Origin: Nannocystis bainbridge
GTDB taxonomy: Bacteria; Myxococcota_A; Polyangia; Nannocystales; Nannocystaceae
Length of the DNA stretch: 64,000 bases
Direction: 5' to 3'
NCBI RefSeq assembly: GCF_028368995.1
Contig: NZ_JAQNDL010000003.1
Coordinates: 1,824,001-1,888,000 of the forward strand
The notes under the pieces are model-generated. The model did not search any database. It saw only the letters and a list, made by a program, of their open reading frames with translations, and was not told where the DNA came from. The first letter of the stretch is position 1, and every line of letters starts with the position of its first letter. Positions 48,385 to 57,001 of the stretch are shown piece by piece. The position numbers and the translations under genes are program-made.

Positions 48385-51300
48385 GCGTCGTCCTCTTCGT
48401 CCTGCTTGGCCTTGCGGGCGCGTGCGACGGTCTTCTTGGGAGGCTTGGGGGGCGGGAAACGCTTGCGCCAGTCCTCGAGCATCTCGCGGCTCGGGCCAGT
48501 CGGACCGACGAGGGCCTGCAGTTCGGCTTTCAAGCGGGCGGCTGCCTGGCCGTCTTCGCGGGCGACCTCGGGGAGCAGACGCCAGGCGCTGTCGAGCAGG
48601 GCGATGCGGTCGGCGAGGGATACACCGGCATCCTCACGATCCTCGTCGATAGCGAGGATGGCCTTGAGGCGCTGCAGCGGGGTCCAGCCGGCCCAGCCGT
48701 AGAGAGTTCCGGCATCAGTGGAGCCATGGACTTCGGTGAACGCGATGTATCGTTCGCGTGGCACGTCGAGCTTGCCGCGAAGCTCAAAGATCCGACGCGT
48801 GTTGAAATCTGGCTGGGCGTAGGTCGGGGGGACCGCGGGTGTCACCCTTTCGCCCGCGTCTTCACGGCGTTGATCCTCCCAGGTCTGCTCCCAGGCTTGA
48901 TGCTTTACGAGACCTGACTTGCTGTATCGATGGAACGGATGGTTAGGCACTGCATCATCTGTAAGCAACTCCAAAACAAGTCGATCGTGACTATAATCGC
49001 AACGTGCCGTCATGAGTTCAGCAAGCATCGAGAAGCGGGGCTCCTCTTGCAGGTCCGCGGCGATACGCCCGAGATCGAAAGGAACGTTCCGCTTGCGAGC
49101 TGCAAATTCGACCAGATCGCTCAGCAAGAGGCGGAGTCGGTCACCGAGGCGATCAGCGAAGGTCTCGACCCTTCCGGCCAGATGTTTCGGAGTCAACAGC
49201 CATCGCCGCTTATAGCTCTCATGTTCAATCAACGCGAGCGCTGGCGAGCGCTCGACGGCAAGCATCCTCTCTGTCCAGACTTTGGCGATACGCTCGTCTA
49301 GATCCGAAGGTAAATCTTTCATGAGCAACTGCCCGTCGACCCCATACGCCCTTCCTGACCGAGCTTGAAGGACTTCGAACGGACGAGCCCCGAGGGGCGC
49401 CCCCGAAGTCCGTTCAATGTGATCCGGAGAAATCCTCGGAAGGTTCTCGACGAGACCATATAGATGGTACACGGACCAGTCGATCTCCTCCTGCAGGACA
49501 ATCTGCTGACGCAAAATCTGACTCTCGCGCGATTCTGCCTCCTCAAGGAGGGCCCGAATTTCATGGCTCGGAAAGGGTTCAAGAGTTCGAATGTCAGGAA
49601 GTGCAGCAATCAGCACGCCAGCGCGCTCGGCTGCGAGTTTGTCCAACCGCCGAGCACATTCTAGCAATACTTCTCGACAAGGCCCCACATCCGGGAAAGG
49701 GAACTCCTGAAGACCGGTTACCGTAAAGTCGTAGGCAATCTTCGCGGCATCAGACTGCCATTTTCCTGCGGACGTTCCGCCCCCCTTGTTGTGGAAGACC
49801 TGCTTCATCCAGAAGCAACCCGCAGACGAATTCAGCACGCCAAGCGCCGAATAATACTCGGCCTCCGTCGCAGCGCGAGGGAGCTTTATCACCGGCGCGC
49901 TTCGATTAAATGCCTTGCCGCCACGATCGAGGATAAAGTGATTATGAGTCGCAATGAAAGCAAATGCGATAGCCAGGGGGGTCCGGAAGCGCTCCTTCGT
50001 TATTTGGCCGTGATCCCACCACGGGCGCCCTGCAGTTCGGAAAGTGTCGCCTCCGAAGACCGCCCTCTCTTCGAGTAGCCTGCGAAAGCGCCAAAGGAAT
50101 CGTTCCACGCCAGTATTTTCAGGCAATGGCCGAAGCTCAAGGTCATCGTTATACGGAAAAATAACCGCAGGACCGCCAATGATGGTCCAATCCCGCAGCA
50201 TATCTCCGTTTCCGAATAGCTTAAGCCAACTCGAATCACACCCGTGCCGCTCAAAGGTCGAAAACTCTTGGACAAACACTTCATCCTGCTTAGTAATGCA
50301 CATGTAACCGATGGACTCAACCTGATCAGCAAGGCGCCCGAGCGAACGGCTTTCAATTCGAACTTTTAGCTCAGCCGCGCCTCCTCCGCCAAGGCTCCAA
50401 GGATGCTTCGAGAGTGTTGCACGCGGCACAGCAGACACGCTCACAAAGTCATTTTCGAATCCGACTCGACACCATCCCTCCTCAATGGAGGACCACACCA
50501 ACGCCTTCGCTGGCTCCGCAGGAATCCCGCTCTCGCCGCGCTTGCTCATGACAACGCGTACGTCTTCACCGAAAGCGCGACTATTTCTAGCGAAGAGCAA
50601 CACGGTCGGGGTGCCGTGGCCGGGGATAAATGCCTGCGAAGTATCGACGACAAGCGTCAGGTCGAGGTTGCTCAGGATCTTCTCAATGAGCGGCTCACCG
50701 AACTCCCGTTTCATGAAATTATTACTGGTTATGATCCCGACGAATCCCTCTTTTTCGGCGAGTTGAAAGGAGCGCTCAGTGAACGGCGAACCCAGCGAAT
50801 ACTCCCGGTAGGCTGAAACGTAGCGCTGTGCCTTTCCAATTTTCTCGCGGTGATACGCCTTGCTCGCCGGGTCTCGCTCGGTGATGTAGGGCGGGTTCGC
50901 CACTACGGCATGGAATTTCGCCGTCAGCACCGGGCGGAGGGCAGCGCGCACATCGGCGCGCGTAAACGTCGGGCGCGGCTTCTCTGCGGACTTTGCGCTC
51001 TCGAAGAGGCCGAATTGCTCGCTCGGCTTGCTCTCATCGCGTTCGACTTGCTCGAGCCCGTCGGCCCAGTATACGTGGGGATGGAACTTCGCGGCGTCAG
51101 CGAGCGCCGTCACGCCCGCGAGTTCGGCGGCGGTCATCACGAGGCGAGCGCGTGCGAGAGCGCAGGCGTAGTCGTTGAGGTCCATGCCGACCACGCGGCC
51201 GAGGGCATGGAGGGCGAGTTGCTCGCGCGACCAGTCCTTGTGCTGCACCGCGGTGGCCTCGAAGATGCGCTTGAGGCCGTCGATCAAAAAGTGTCCGGAG

Positions 51301-51974
51301 CCGCAAGCGGGGTCGAGCAGCCGGACCTGGTCGGCGCCGAAGGTCTCGATCGCCGGGGTCAGCGTCCGGTCGAGGATGAAGGAGCGGACGAAATCGGGGG
51401 TCTGGCACAGGGCGAACCTGTCCTTTACGACAGGGTCGAGCTCCTGGTACAGGTCGCCCATCAGCTCGCCCTCGAAGCGCTCCTCGGCGAAGCTCCACTG
51501 GGCGGCGGTGTCGGCGTCGCGATGACGCCAGAAGGCGATCAGCGCGCGCGAGCGCTCGTCCGAGGGCAGCGCGAGCTCGGCGGGCTGGACGCTGAACAGC
51601 TCCGGCAGGCCGCCATTCGGGCTGGCGAGGTCGTGGTAGATCCAGCCCAGGAAGGCGGTCTCGCCGAGGTTGGGGGCGAGGCGCTCGAAGAGTTGCTGGG
51701 CTTCGGGGTCGAGGAGGCGGCCGGGCGCGAGCAGGCCGCGGTCCTCGAGCACGCGGACGTAGACCGACTTGAGCACCCACAGGACGGCGGCGCGGCGCGA
51801 CAGGAGGTCGGTCCAGACGTCGAAGTCCTCGCCGACGCGTTCGTCGGTGTGGAGCTGGCGGGCGCGCTCGCGGGTGGGCCCGGGCTCGCGCATCCTGGCC
51901 CGGAGGTCGGCGGCGATAGCGGCGACGTGTTCGCGGAGGGCGGCGGTCAGGCGGGCGCGGTCGGCTTGCTTCAT
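48381..51974 (-). CDS. pglX: BREX type 2 adenine methyltransferase PglX
   Basis: DLYQEL...LCQTPDFV, LDPACGSGHFL, VANPPY, NNFMKREFG, RGKLDVPRERYI; ATGA overlaps on both sides. Confidence 0.93.
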   Translation of the reverse strand: MKQADRARLTAALREHVAAIAADLRARMREPGPTRERARQLHTDERVGEDFDVWTDLLSRRAAVLWVLKSVYVRVLEDRGLLAPGRLLDPEAQQLFERLAPNLGETAFLGWIYHDLASPNGGLPELFSVQPAELALPSDERSRALIAFWRHRDADTAAQWSFAEERFEGELMGDLYQELDPVVKDRFALCQTPDFVRSFILDRTLTPAIETFGADQVRLLDPACGSGHFLIDGLKRIFEATAVQHKDWSREQLALHALGRVVGMDLNDYACALARARLVMTAAELAGVTALADAAKFHPHVYWADGLEQVERDESKPSEQFGLFESAKSAEKPRPTFTRADVRAALRPVLTAKFHAVVANPPYITERDPASKAYHREKIGKAQRYVSAYREYSLGSPFTERSFQLAEKEGFVGIITSNNFMKREFGEPLIEKILSNLDLTLVVDTSQAFIPGHGTPTVLLFARNSRAFGEDVRVVMSKRGESGIPAEPAKALVWSSIEEGWCRVGFENDFVSVSAVPRATLSKHPWSLGGGGAAELKVRIESRSLGRLADQVESIGYMCITKQDEVFVQEFSTFERHGCDSSWLKLFGNGDMLRDWTIIGGPAVIFPYNDDLELRPLPENTGVERFLWRFRRLLEERAVFGGDTFRTAGRPWWDHGQITKERFRTPLAIAFAFIATHNHFILDRGGKAFNRSAPVIKLPRAATEAEYYSALGVLNSSAGCFWMKQVFHNKGGGTSAGKWQSDAAKIAYDFTVTGLQEFPFPDVGPCREVLLECARRLDKLAAERAGVLIAALPDIRTLEPFPSHEIRALLEEAESRESQILRQQIVLQEEIDWSVYHLYGLVENLPRISPDHIERTSGAPLGARPFEVLQARSGRAYGVDGQLLMKDLPSDLDERIAKVWTERMLAVERSPALALIEHESYKRRWLLTPKHLAGRVETFADRLGDRLRLLLSDLVEFAARKRNVPFDLGRIAADLQEEPRFSMLAELMTARCDYSHDRLVLELLTDDAVPNHPFHRYSKSGLVKHQAWEQTWEDQRREDAGERVTPAVPPTYAQPDFNTRRIFELRGKLDVPRERYIAFTEVHGSTDAGTLYGWAGWTPLQRLKAILAIDEDREDAGVSLADRIALLDSAWRLLPEVAREDGQAAARLKAELQALVGPTGPSREMLEDWRKRFPPPKPPKKTVARARKAKQDEEDDA

Positions 51975-54900
51975 GGTGAGAGCGGATGGAGGAGCGGGAG
52001 CGTGGCACCCTCGAGGTGCCACATGGCGGGGCCTTCGTTGAAGCGCGGCTGGCGGTTGTGGATCACGCCGGGGACGATGAGCACCCAGAAGCCACGGCTG
52101 CCGGAGAGGGTCTCATCGTACAGGCGGCGCGGGAGATCAAGCGCCTCGCACAGGCCGAGCAGCGCCGTGTCGCCGAGGACGAGGATCCGCCCGGGTTCGC
52201 CGTGCTCGTCGAGCAGGCGGAACAGGGTCTCCTCGGCGGCGTCGGTCAGCGCGCCGCGCTGGGCGGCGAAGCGCTCGGCGCGCTCAAGCATCGACAACGA
52301 GGCGCCGTGGTCGGCGAAGAAGGCGTCATCGAACGAGATCCAGGCGCCGCCGATCGCCGCGGCGACGGAGCGGCCGATCTCGGCGTGACGCTCAGGCGGG
52401 GTGACGAGCATGCGGAAGCCGCGTGACTTCGATGCGTCGCGGAGCATGTCGCGCACGACCTCCTCGGGGCCGCGCTCGGCGCGGAGGAGCGGCGGCAGCG
52501 CGTCGGGCGCGAGCGCGGGCGTGGCGACGACCGAAGCTGTCTTTCCGGGCAGGATCATCTCGCCCTGCACCTGGCACTCGAGGCCGTGGAGGAGGCCGAG
52601 CAGGTGGTCGGGGTCGGGGTACGGGGTGTCCTTGCCGAAGGTCCGCCGGACCTGCCGCTCGAGGTCGTCGAAGGCGATCGGCTCGCGGGCCTGGTCGAGC
52701 ACGAAGCCGATGCTCTGCCGCGGCTCGAGCGGGCCGATGAACAGGTGGCCGGTCTCGGCGAGCTGCGCGTCGTCGCAGAGGCGGACGCCGAGTTCGCTCG
52801 GGTCGCCGTCGTAGTGCGGGAGCAGGCCGGTGAGGGTCCGGCGGGCGGCGTCGGGCTCGATCGGCGGCCACTGTCCGGCGATCCGCAGGACCTCGCCGGC
52901 GAAGGCGCGCAGGGTTTCGCGGTCGAACAGCGGTCGGGCGACGAGCGGCTGGTCGGCGCCGTCGATCTCGAAGCAGTGGATCCGGCCGGCGGAGACGCGG
53001 GCGAGCAGGCGCACGATGCCAGCGCCCGAGACGACGCCGGCGGGCCACTCCTCCTCGAAGCGCGCGCCGAGCTCGTCGAGCCGGGCGATCCCGCCGAAGC
53101 CGTCCAGGACGGTGTCGAGCGCGGTGCTCAGGTCGGCGAGGATGGAGAGGTCGAGGCGCTCGAGGCCCTTCGCCAGCTCGACGCTGACGTTCGGCTGGCT
53201 GCGGGCGAGGTCGCCGGCAATGTCGCTCTGGGCCTCGGGCGCGCCGGTGATGCCGATTGCGCGCTCGACGATGATGCGCTGAATGTCGCTTAGCGTGCGC
53301 GCGGCGAGCTCCCACAGGCGATCGAGGGTGTGCGCGCCGTCCTCGCTGCCGGCACTGTGATCCCGGAATTGGTGGAGCGCCTCGACGACCTTGGCGAGCC
53401 GCGTCGGGCCGATCCCTGGGACCTGGAGCAGCTCGGAGCGGGTCAGCAAGGCGACGGCGCCGACAGTCGGGAGCTGGGCCTGTTCGAGGGCGCTCCGCAG
53501 GGCCGGCGGCAGCGGGAGCTTGTGGACCGGCTCCGGCGAGTCGATGAGGTCGGGGACGAGCGGCGGGTCGACGCGGATCGGCGCGGCGGTGGCGACGATG
53601 CCGCGAGCCCGCAGGGTTTCCTGGAAGGCGAGGATGTCGTTGGCGGTCTTGGTGCCGATCGTGTGGATCTTGCGCACGTGGGCCGGCGAGAGCGCGAGGA
53701 GCTCGCCGGTCGTGTGGACCTGGTTACGCGCGAGGATGTTGATCGCGCGGCGCGGGAGGCCGGTCAGCCGGAGGGGCGTGGTCGCGTCGATGTCCGCCGG
53801 TGGTGCGACGACGGCCTCGGGGACCGAGAGATCGTCGCCGAGGGCGACGAGCAGGGCGTCGCGCATCGTACGAGCGGACGGGTAACGCTTCTCCGGGACG
53901 GGATCGAGGGCCTTCTCGAAGAATTTGGCGAGGCCGGGCGGGTCGATGTCCTCGGCGCGCATGGCCGGCGCCTGCCCCGGCTCGGGGACCTTGCCCTCGA
54001 AGGCGTGGCGGCCGGCATAGAGCTCGAACAGGCACAGCGCGGCGGCGAAGCGGTCGGTCGAATGCGTCCAGCGGGCGCTGCTCGGGTCGCGGTAGAGCGC
54101 GGTGCCGCCGTAGGGCGCTTCCTCGGGGACGGCCGCGAGGCTGAAGTCGATGATCGTCAGGCGGCCGTCGTTGACGAGCAGGTTGTCGGGCTTGAGGTCC
54201 TTGTGCGTGACGCCCTGTTGCTCGAGATAGTCGAGGCCGGCGAGCAAGTCCTCGGCGAGGCGTCGCTGGGTGTTCGGCTCGAGCGAGGGGTGCGCGGCGA
54301 GCCACTGGCGCAGGTTCTCGTTGCCGACCCGCTCCATGATCAGGGTCAGCCGACCCTCGACCATCTTCGTCAGGTCGATGACCTTGACGATGTTGGCGTG
54401 GTCGAGGCGGGAGAGCACCTGATACTCCCCACGCAACGCCTCCTCGGCGGCGTCCTCCGGGCGGGAGATCTTGAGGGCGCGAGTGCGGCCGCTAACGAGG
54501 TGGCGCGCGGCGTAGACGACCGACATGCCGCCCTGGCCGAGACGCCGGTCGATCTCGTAGTCCGTGCCGACCCGCGTGCCTTGTTCGAGGTTCTCGGGGT
54601 CGAGTGCGGCGCGGCGCTCGGGTGGCATGCCCGGGAGGACGCGTTTCTCGGGCTCGCGGCCAAAGCGCACGGCGACGATTGCCTGCGCGAGCGAGGGATA
54701 GCGATCGGTCGGGCGCATCTCGAGCATGCGCCCGACGGCTTCGTCAAGGCTGAGCGGAATCTGCCGGGCCATGTCGCGCACGCGCCGCATCAGGCGGCGG
54801 GCGGCCATGAGGTGCCGGGTGCTTTCGAACAGCGGCTTGCCCGTCAGCAGGAGCGCCAACAGGGCGCCGAGGCTGAACTGGTCCGACGCCGGCTCGGCGC

Positions 54901-56056
54901 TGCTGAAGGCGTTGATAACCTCGGGGGCGGCGAAGATCAGGCGATCGTCGCTGATGCTCGTGACGGCGATCGAGGTGTCAACCGTAAGCTGCTTGGCGAG
55001 GTCGAAGCCGGTGATGCGGATCTGTCTCGGGTCGGAAAGGTCCTCGACGAAAATCACATCGGGGCGGAGCAGCCGGTGGACGACGCCCTGGCAGTGGGCC
55101 TCCTCGAGGGTCTCGGCGAGTCGGATCCACAAGTTTGTGCGCGCAGGCAGGTCGGCCTTTTTGTGCTTGCCGCGCGCCTCAGGACCGTAGCGCTCGAGCC
55201 AGGTCGTCAGCGTGATCCCCGGGAAGTTCTCGAGGGGAAGTACGATGCCGGCCTCGTCGGTGAAGGGCGGATCGGCGGTCAGGATCCCGTCGCTGCGGCC
55301 GAGCCGGCCGAGGACCTGGGCCTCCCAGCGGGCGCGCTCGATGACACGCTCGCGCTGAGGTTCGGTAGCGAGCGGAGGAATGCTGTAGATCCGCAGCACA
55401 CGCTCGGCGGCGGAGAGGGTGTTGCGGCCCAGGAGCTCGGTATACGTGTCGTGGTGATCGAGCGTGTCGACGATCTCGTACTCACGGACGCGCCGAACTG
55501 GCCTCGGGCCACTCTGCTGGACGCCGGTGAACAGCCGGAGGATGTCGGCCTCGGCCGGCGCGGTCGGGGTCTGCGTTCTGCCCCCGCTCAAGCGCTCGAT
55601 CAGCGCGGGGTCCTGTAGCGCGGCGAGGATCGTCTTCTTTGTGTGGATCCGGCTCTGGCTCGCCGGGCCACGCACGCCGCAGTCGGTCGTCGCCGACAGG
55701 AAGACGAGGCCCTCGACCCAGAGCTGCCCGGCCTGGTGGCTCTCGCGCTTGAGCTGGCTCTTGAGCGCCTGGGCGGTGATCCGGTTGAGGCGCAGCGGGC
55801 TCGGGATCGGGTGCGGGATGTACCAGTCGTGGTCGGTGCCCTCGATCCGGCCGCGGTAAGACTTGATCTCGACGACGAAGACGGCGTGCGGGGCAACCAC
55901 GACGGCGTCGAGCTCGTAGATGACGCCGCCGCGCTCGACCAGCCAGGCGTTGCCATAGACGGTGTACTCGGCGGGCAGGCCGTCGACGAGGAAGCGCAGG
56001 GCCTGCCGCTCCGGGTCGTGCGCCGATTCGCCGATCGGGATGAACTTCGCGGGCAT
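51971..56056 (-). CDS. pglW: BREX type 2 PglW (NERD + two kinase-fold domains + alpha-CTD-like HhH repeats)
   Basis: NERD ELDAVV...VEIKSY; first kinase degenerate (VHRLLRP); second GQGGMSVV, HKDLKPDN, DFS; HhH IHTIGTKT and VPGIGPTR. Confidence 0.9.
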   Translation of the reverse strand: MPAKFIPIGESAHDPERQALRFLVDGLPAEYTVYGNAWLVERGGVIYELDAVVVAPHAVFVVEIKSYRGRIEGTDHDWYIPHPIPSPLRLNRITAQALKSQLKRESHQAGQLWVEGLVFLSATTDCGVRGPASQSRIHTKKTILAALQDPALIERLSGGRTQTPTAPAEADILRLFTGVQQSGPRPVRRVREYEIVDTLDHHDTYTELLGRNTLSAAERVLRIYSIPPLATEPQRERVIERARWEAQVLGRLGRSDGILTADPPFTDEAGIVLPLENFPGITLTTWLERYGPEARGKHKKADLPARTNLWIRLAETLEEAHCQGVVHRLLRPDVIFVEDLSDPRQIRITGFDLAKQLTVDTSIAVTSISDDRLIFAAPEVINAFSSAEPASDQFSLGALLALLLTGKPLFESTRHLMAARRLMRRVRDMARQIPLSLDEAVGRMLEMRPTDRYPSLAQAIVAVRFGREPEKRVLPGMPPERRAALDPENLEQGTRVGTDYEIDRRLGQGGMSVVYAARHLVSGRTRALKISRPEDAAEEALRGEYQVLSRLDHANIVKVIDLTKMVEGRLTLIMERVGNENLRQWLAAHPSLEPNTQRRLAEDLLAGLDYLEQQGVTHKDLKPDNLLVNDGRLTIIDFSLAAVPEEAPYGGTALYRDPSSARWTHSTDRFAAALCLFELYAGRHAFEGKVPEPGQAPAMRAEDIDPPGLAKFFEKALDPVPEKRYPSARTMRDALLVALGDDLSVPEAVVAPPADIDATTPLRLTGLPRRAINILARNQVHTTGELLALSPAHVRKIHTIGTKTANDILAFQETLRARGIVATAAPIRVDPPLVPDLIDSPEPVHKLPLPPALRSALEQAQLPTVGAVALLTRSELLQVPGIGPTRLAKVVEALHQFRDHSAGSEDGAHTLDRLWELAARTLSDIQRIIVERAIGITGAPEAQSDIAGDLARSQPNVSVELAKGLERLDLSILADLSTALDTVLDGFGGIARLDELGARFEEEWPAGVVSGAGIVRLLARVSAGRIHCFEIDGADQPLVARPLFDRETLRAFAGEVLRIAGQWPPIEPDAARRTLTGLLPHYDGDPSELGVRLCDDAQLAETGHLFIGPLEPRQSIGFVLDQAREPIAFDDLERQVRRTFGKDTPYPDPDHLLGLLHGLECQVQGEMILPGKTASVVATPALAPDALPPLLRAERGPEEVVRDMLRDASKSRGFRMLVTPPERHAEIGRSVAAAIGGAWISFDDAFFADHGASLSMLERAERFAAQRGALTDAAEETLFRLLDEHGEPGRILVLGDTALLGLCEALDLPRRLYDETLSGSRGFWVLIVPGVIHNRQPRFNEGPAMWHLEGATLPLLHPLSP

Positions 56057-56059
56057 CGA

Positions 56060-56806
56060 TTACACCAAAAGGACCTTGGCGGTGGAGAACCAGGAAGCGA
56101 GCTGGTTCTCGTACTGGTAGAGACCGCCCTTGTCCGGGTGCAGGCCGACGACAAAATCGAAGTTGCGCTGGCGCAGCGGCGTGTCCGGCTGGAAGTCGCC
56201 CGGCTCGCCCCTGATGACGAAGTCGGTGTGCGGGGCGCCGAGGTCGAGCGCGACGATGCCGGCGAGCGTGAACTCCTGCCAGGAGCCGCAGGCGACGACG
56301 AAGTTGCCCTGGAGCGTGACGTCGCCTTGTGTCGAGACGATGTGGTGCGCGAGCTGGCCGCCGGTGCCCGGGAGCTCGAGGACCTTGTGGTGCGACTTGA
56401 CGACGTGTAGCTCGGAGCGTGCCAAGCGCGTCGGCAGGCCGAGGAGTTTGGCCTGCTCGGTGATGTAGTCGGCGCTCGGGGTCTTGAGGTCGGCGGTCTG
56501 GAGGGCCCCGAGCCATCCAGCGGCGACCGCCGCGGGGAGCTGCGGGAGCCTGAAAGAGCCGCCGACCGCGGCGGGGTCGAACGGGACGCGGTGCAGGACC
56601 GCGGCGTCCTCGAAGACCAACGCGACGAGGTCGGTGGCGGTCAGCCGGCCGCGGAAGCGGTTCCAGGTGGCGAGGCCAGGTTCGGTGACACGCGCAGCAC
56701 GCCGCCCGGCGGCCTCGTCGCGTGCGAGCGCGTGCAGGAGCGCGGCCGACCAGATGCCGGTGGCGCGCTGTTCGGAAGGGAGGCCGGCGAGGTCGAACGA
56801 CGCCAT
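56060..56806 (-). CDS. Hypothetical protein leading the BREX operon
   Basis: GC3-biased ORF ending 3 nt before the pglW start; start 56806 (MASFDL) or 56878. Confidence 0.8.
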   Translation of the reverse strand: MASFDLAGLPSEQRATGIWSAALLHALARDEAAGRRAARVTEPGLATWNRFRGRLTATDLVALVFEDAAVLHRVPFDPAAVGGSFRLPQLPAAVAAGWLGALQTADLKTPSADYITEQAKLLGLPTRLARSELHVVKSHHKVLELPGTGGQLAHHIVSTQGDVTLQGNFVVACGSWQEFTLAGIVALDLGAPHTDFVIRGEPGDFQPDTPLRQRNFDFVVGLHPDKGGLYQYENQLASWFSTAKVLLV

Positions 56807-56943
56807 CAGCAGGTACCTGTCGGCGCTGTCGCGCGGGTGTCCGGGAAGGTCTCCGGGGGCATGGGGCCACAGTCTCACTCAGGCGGGCGCCAGCGTCTAG
56901 GGATGCGAACGTTGTTTTTCGAGACCGACGACATGAGAAGGCT

Positions 56944-56999
56944 GCGACGAGCACGGCGAGCAAGAGCTGCGCCGGGGCCCGCCCACCCGTGCTCGTCGC
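56944..56999. terminator. Stem-loop downstream of the M23 gene
   Basis: 13-bp inverted repeat GCGACGAGCACGG / CCGTGCTCGTCGC starting 2 nt after the stop; long loop and no adjacent U-tract. Confidence 0.45.
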
Positions 57000-57001
57000 C
57001 G

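Noticed and set aside
45004-48702. Long + strand ORF (1232 aa) and similar antisense ORFs such as 53330..55618, 42344..43639 and 30061..31896
   Set aside because: Shadow frames of well-supported genes on the opposite strand, expected at this GC content; no motifs
35163-56806. Assignment as BREX type 1 or type 6
   Set aside because: No brxA, brxB or brxL seen; pglW plus pglY, brxD and brxHI define type 2
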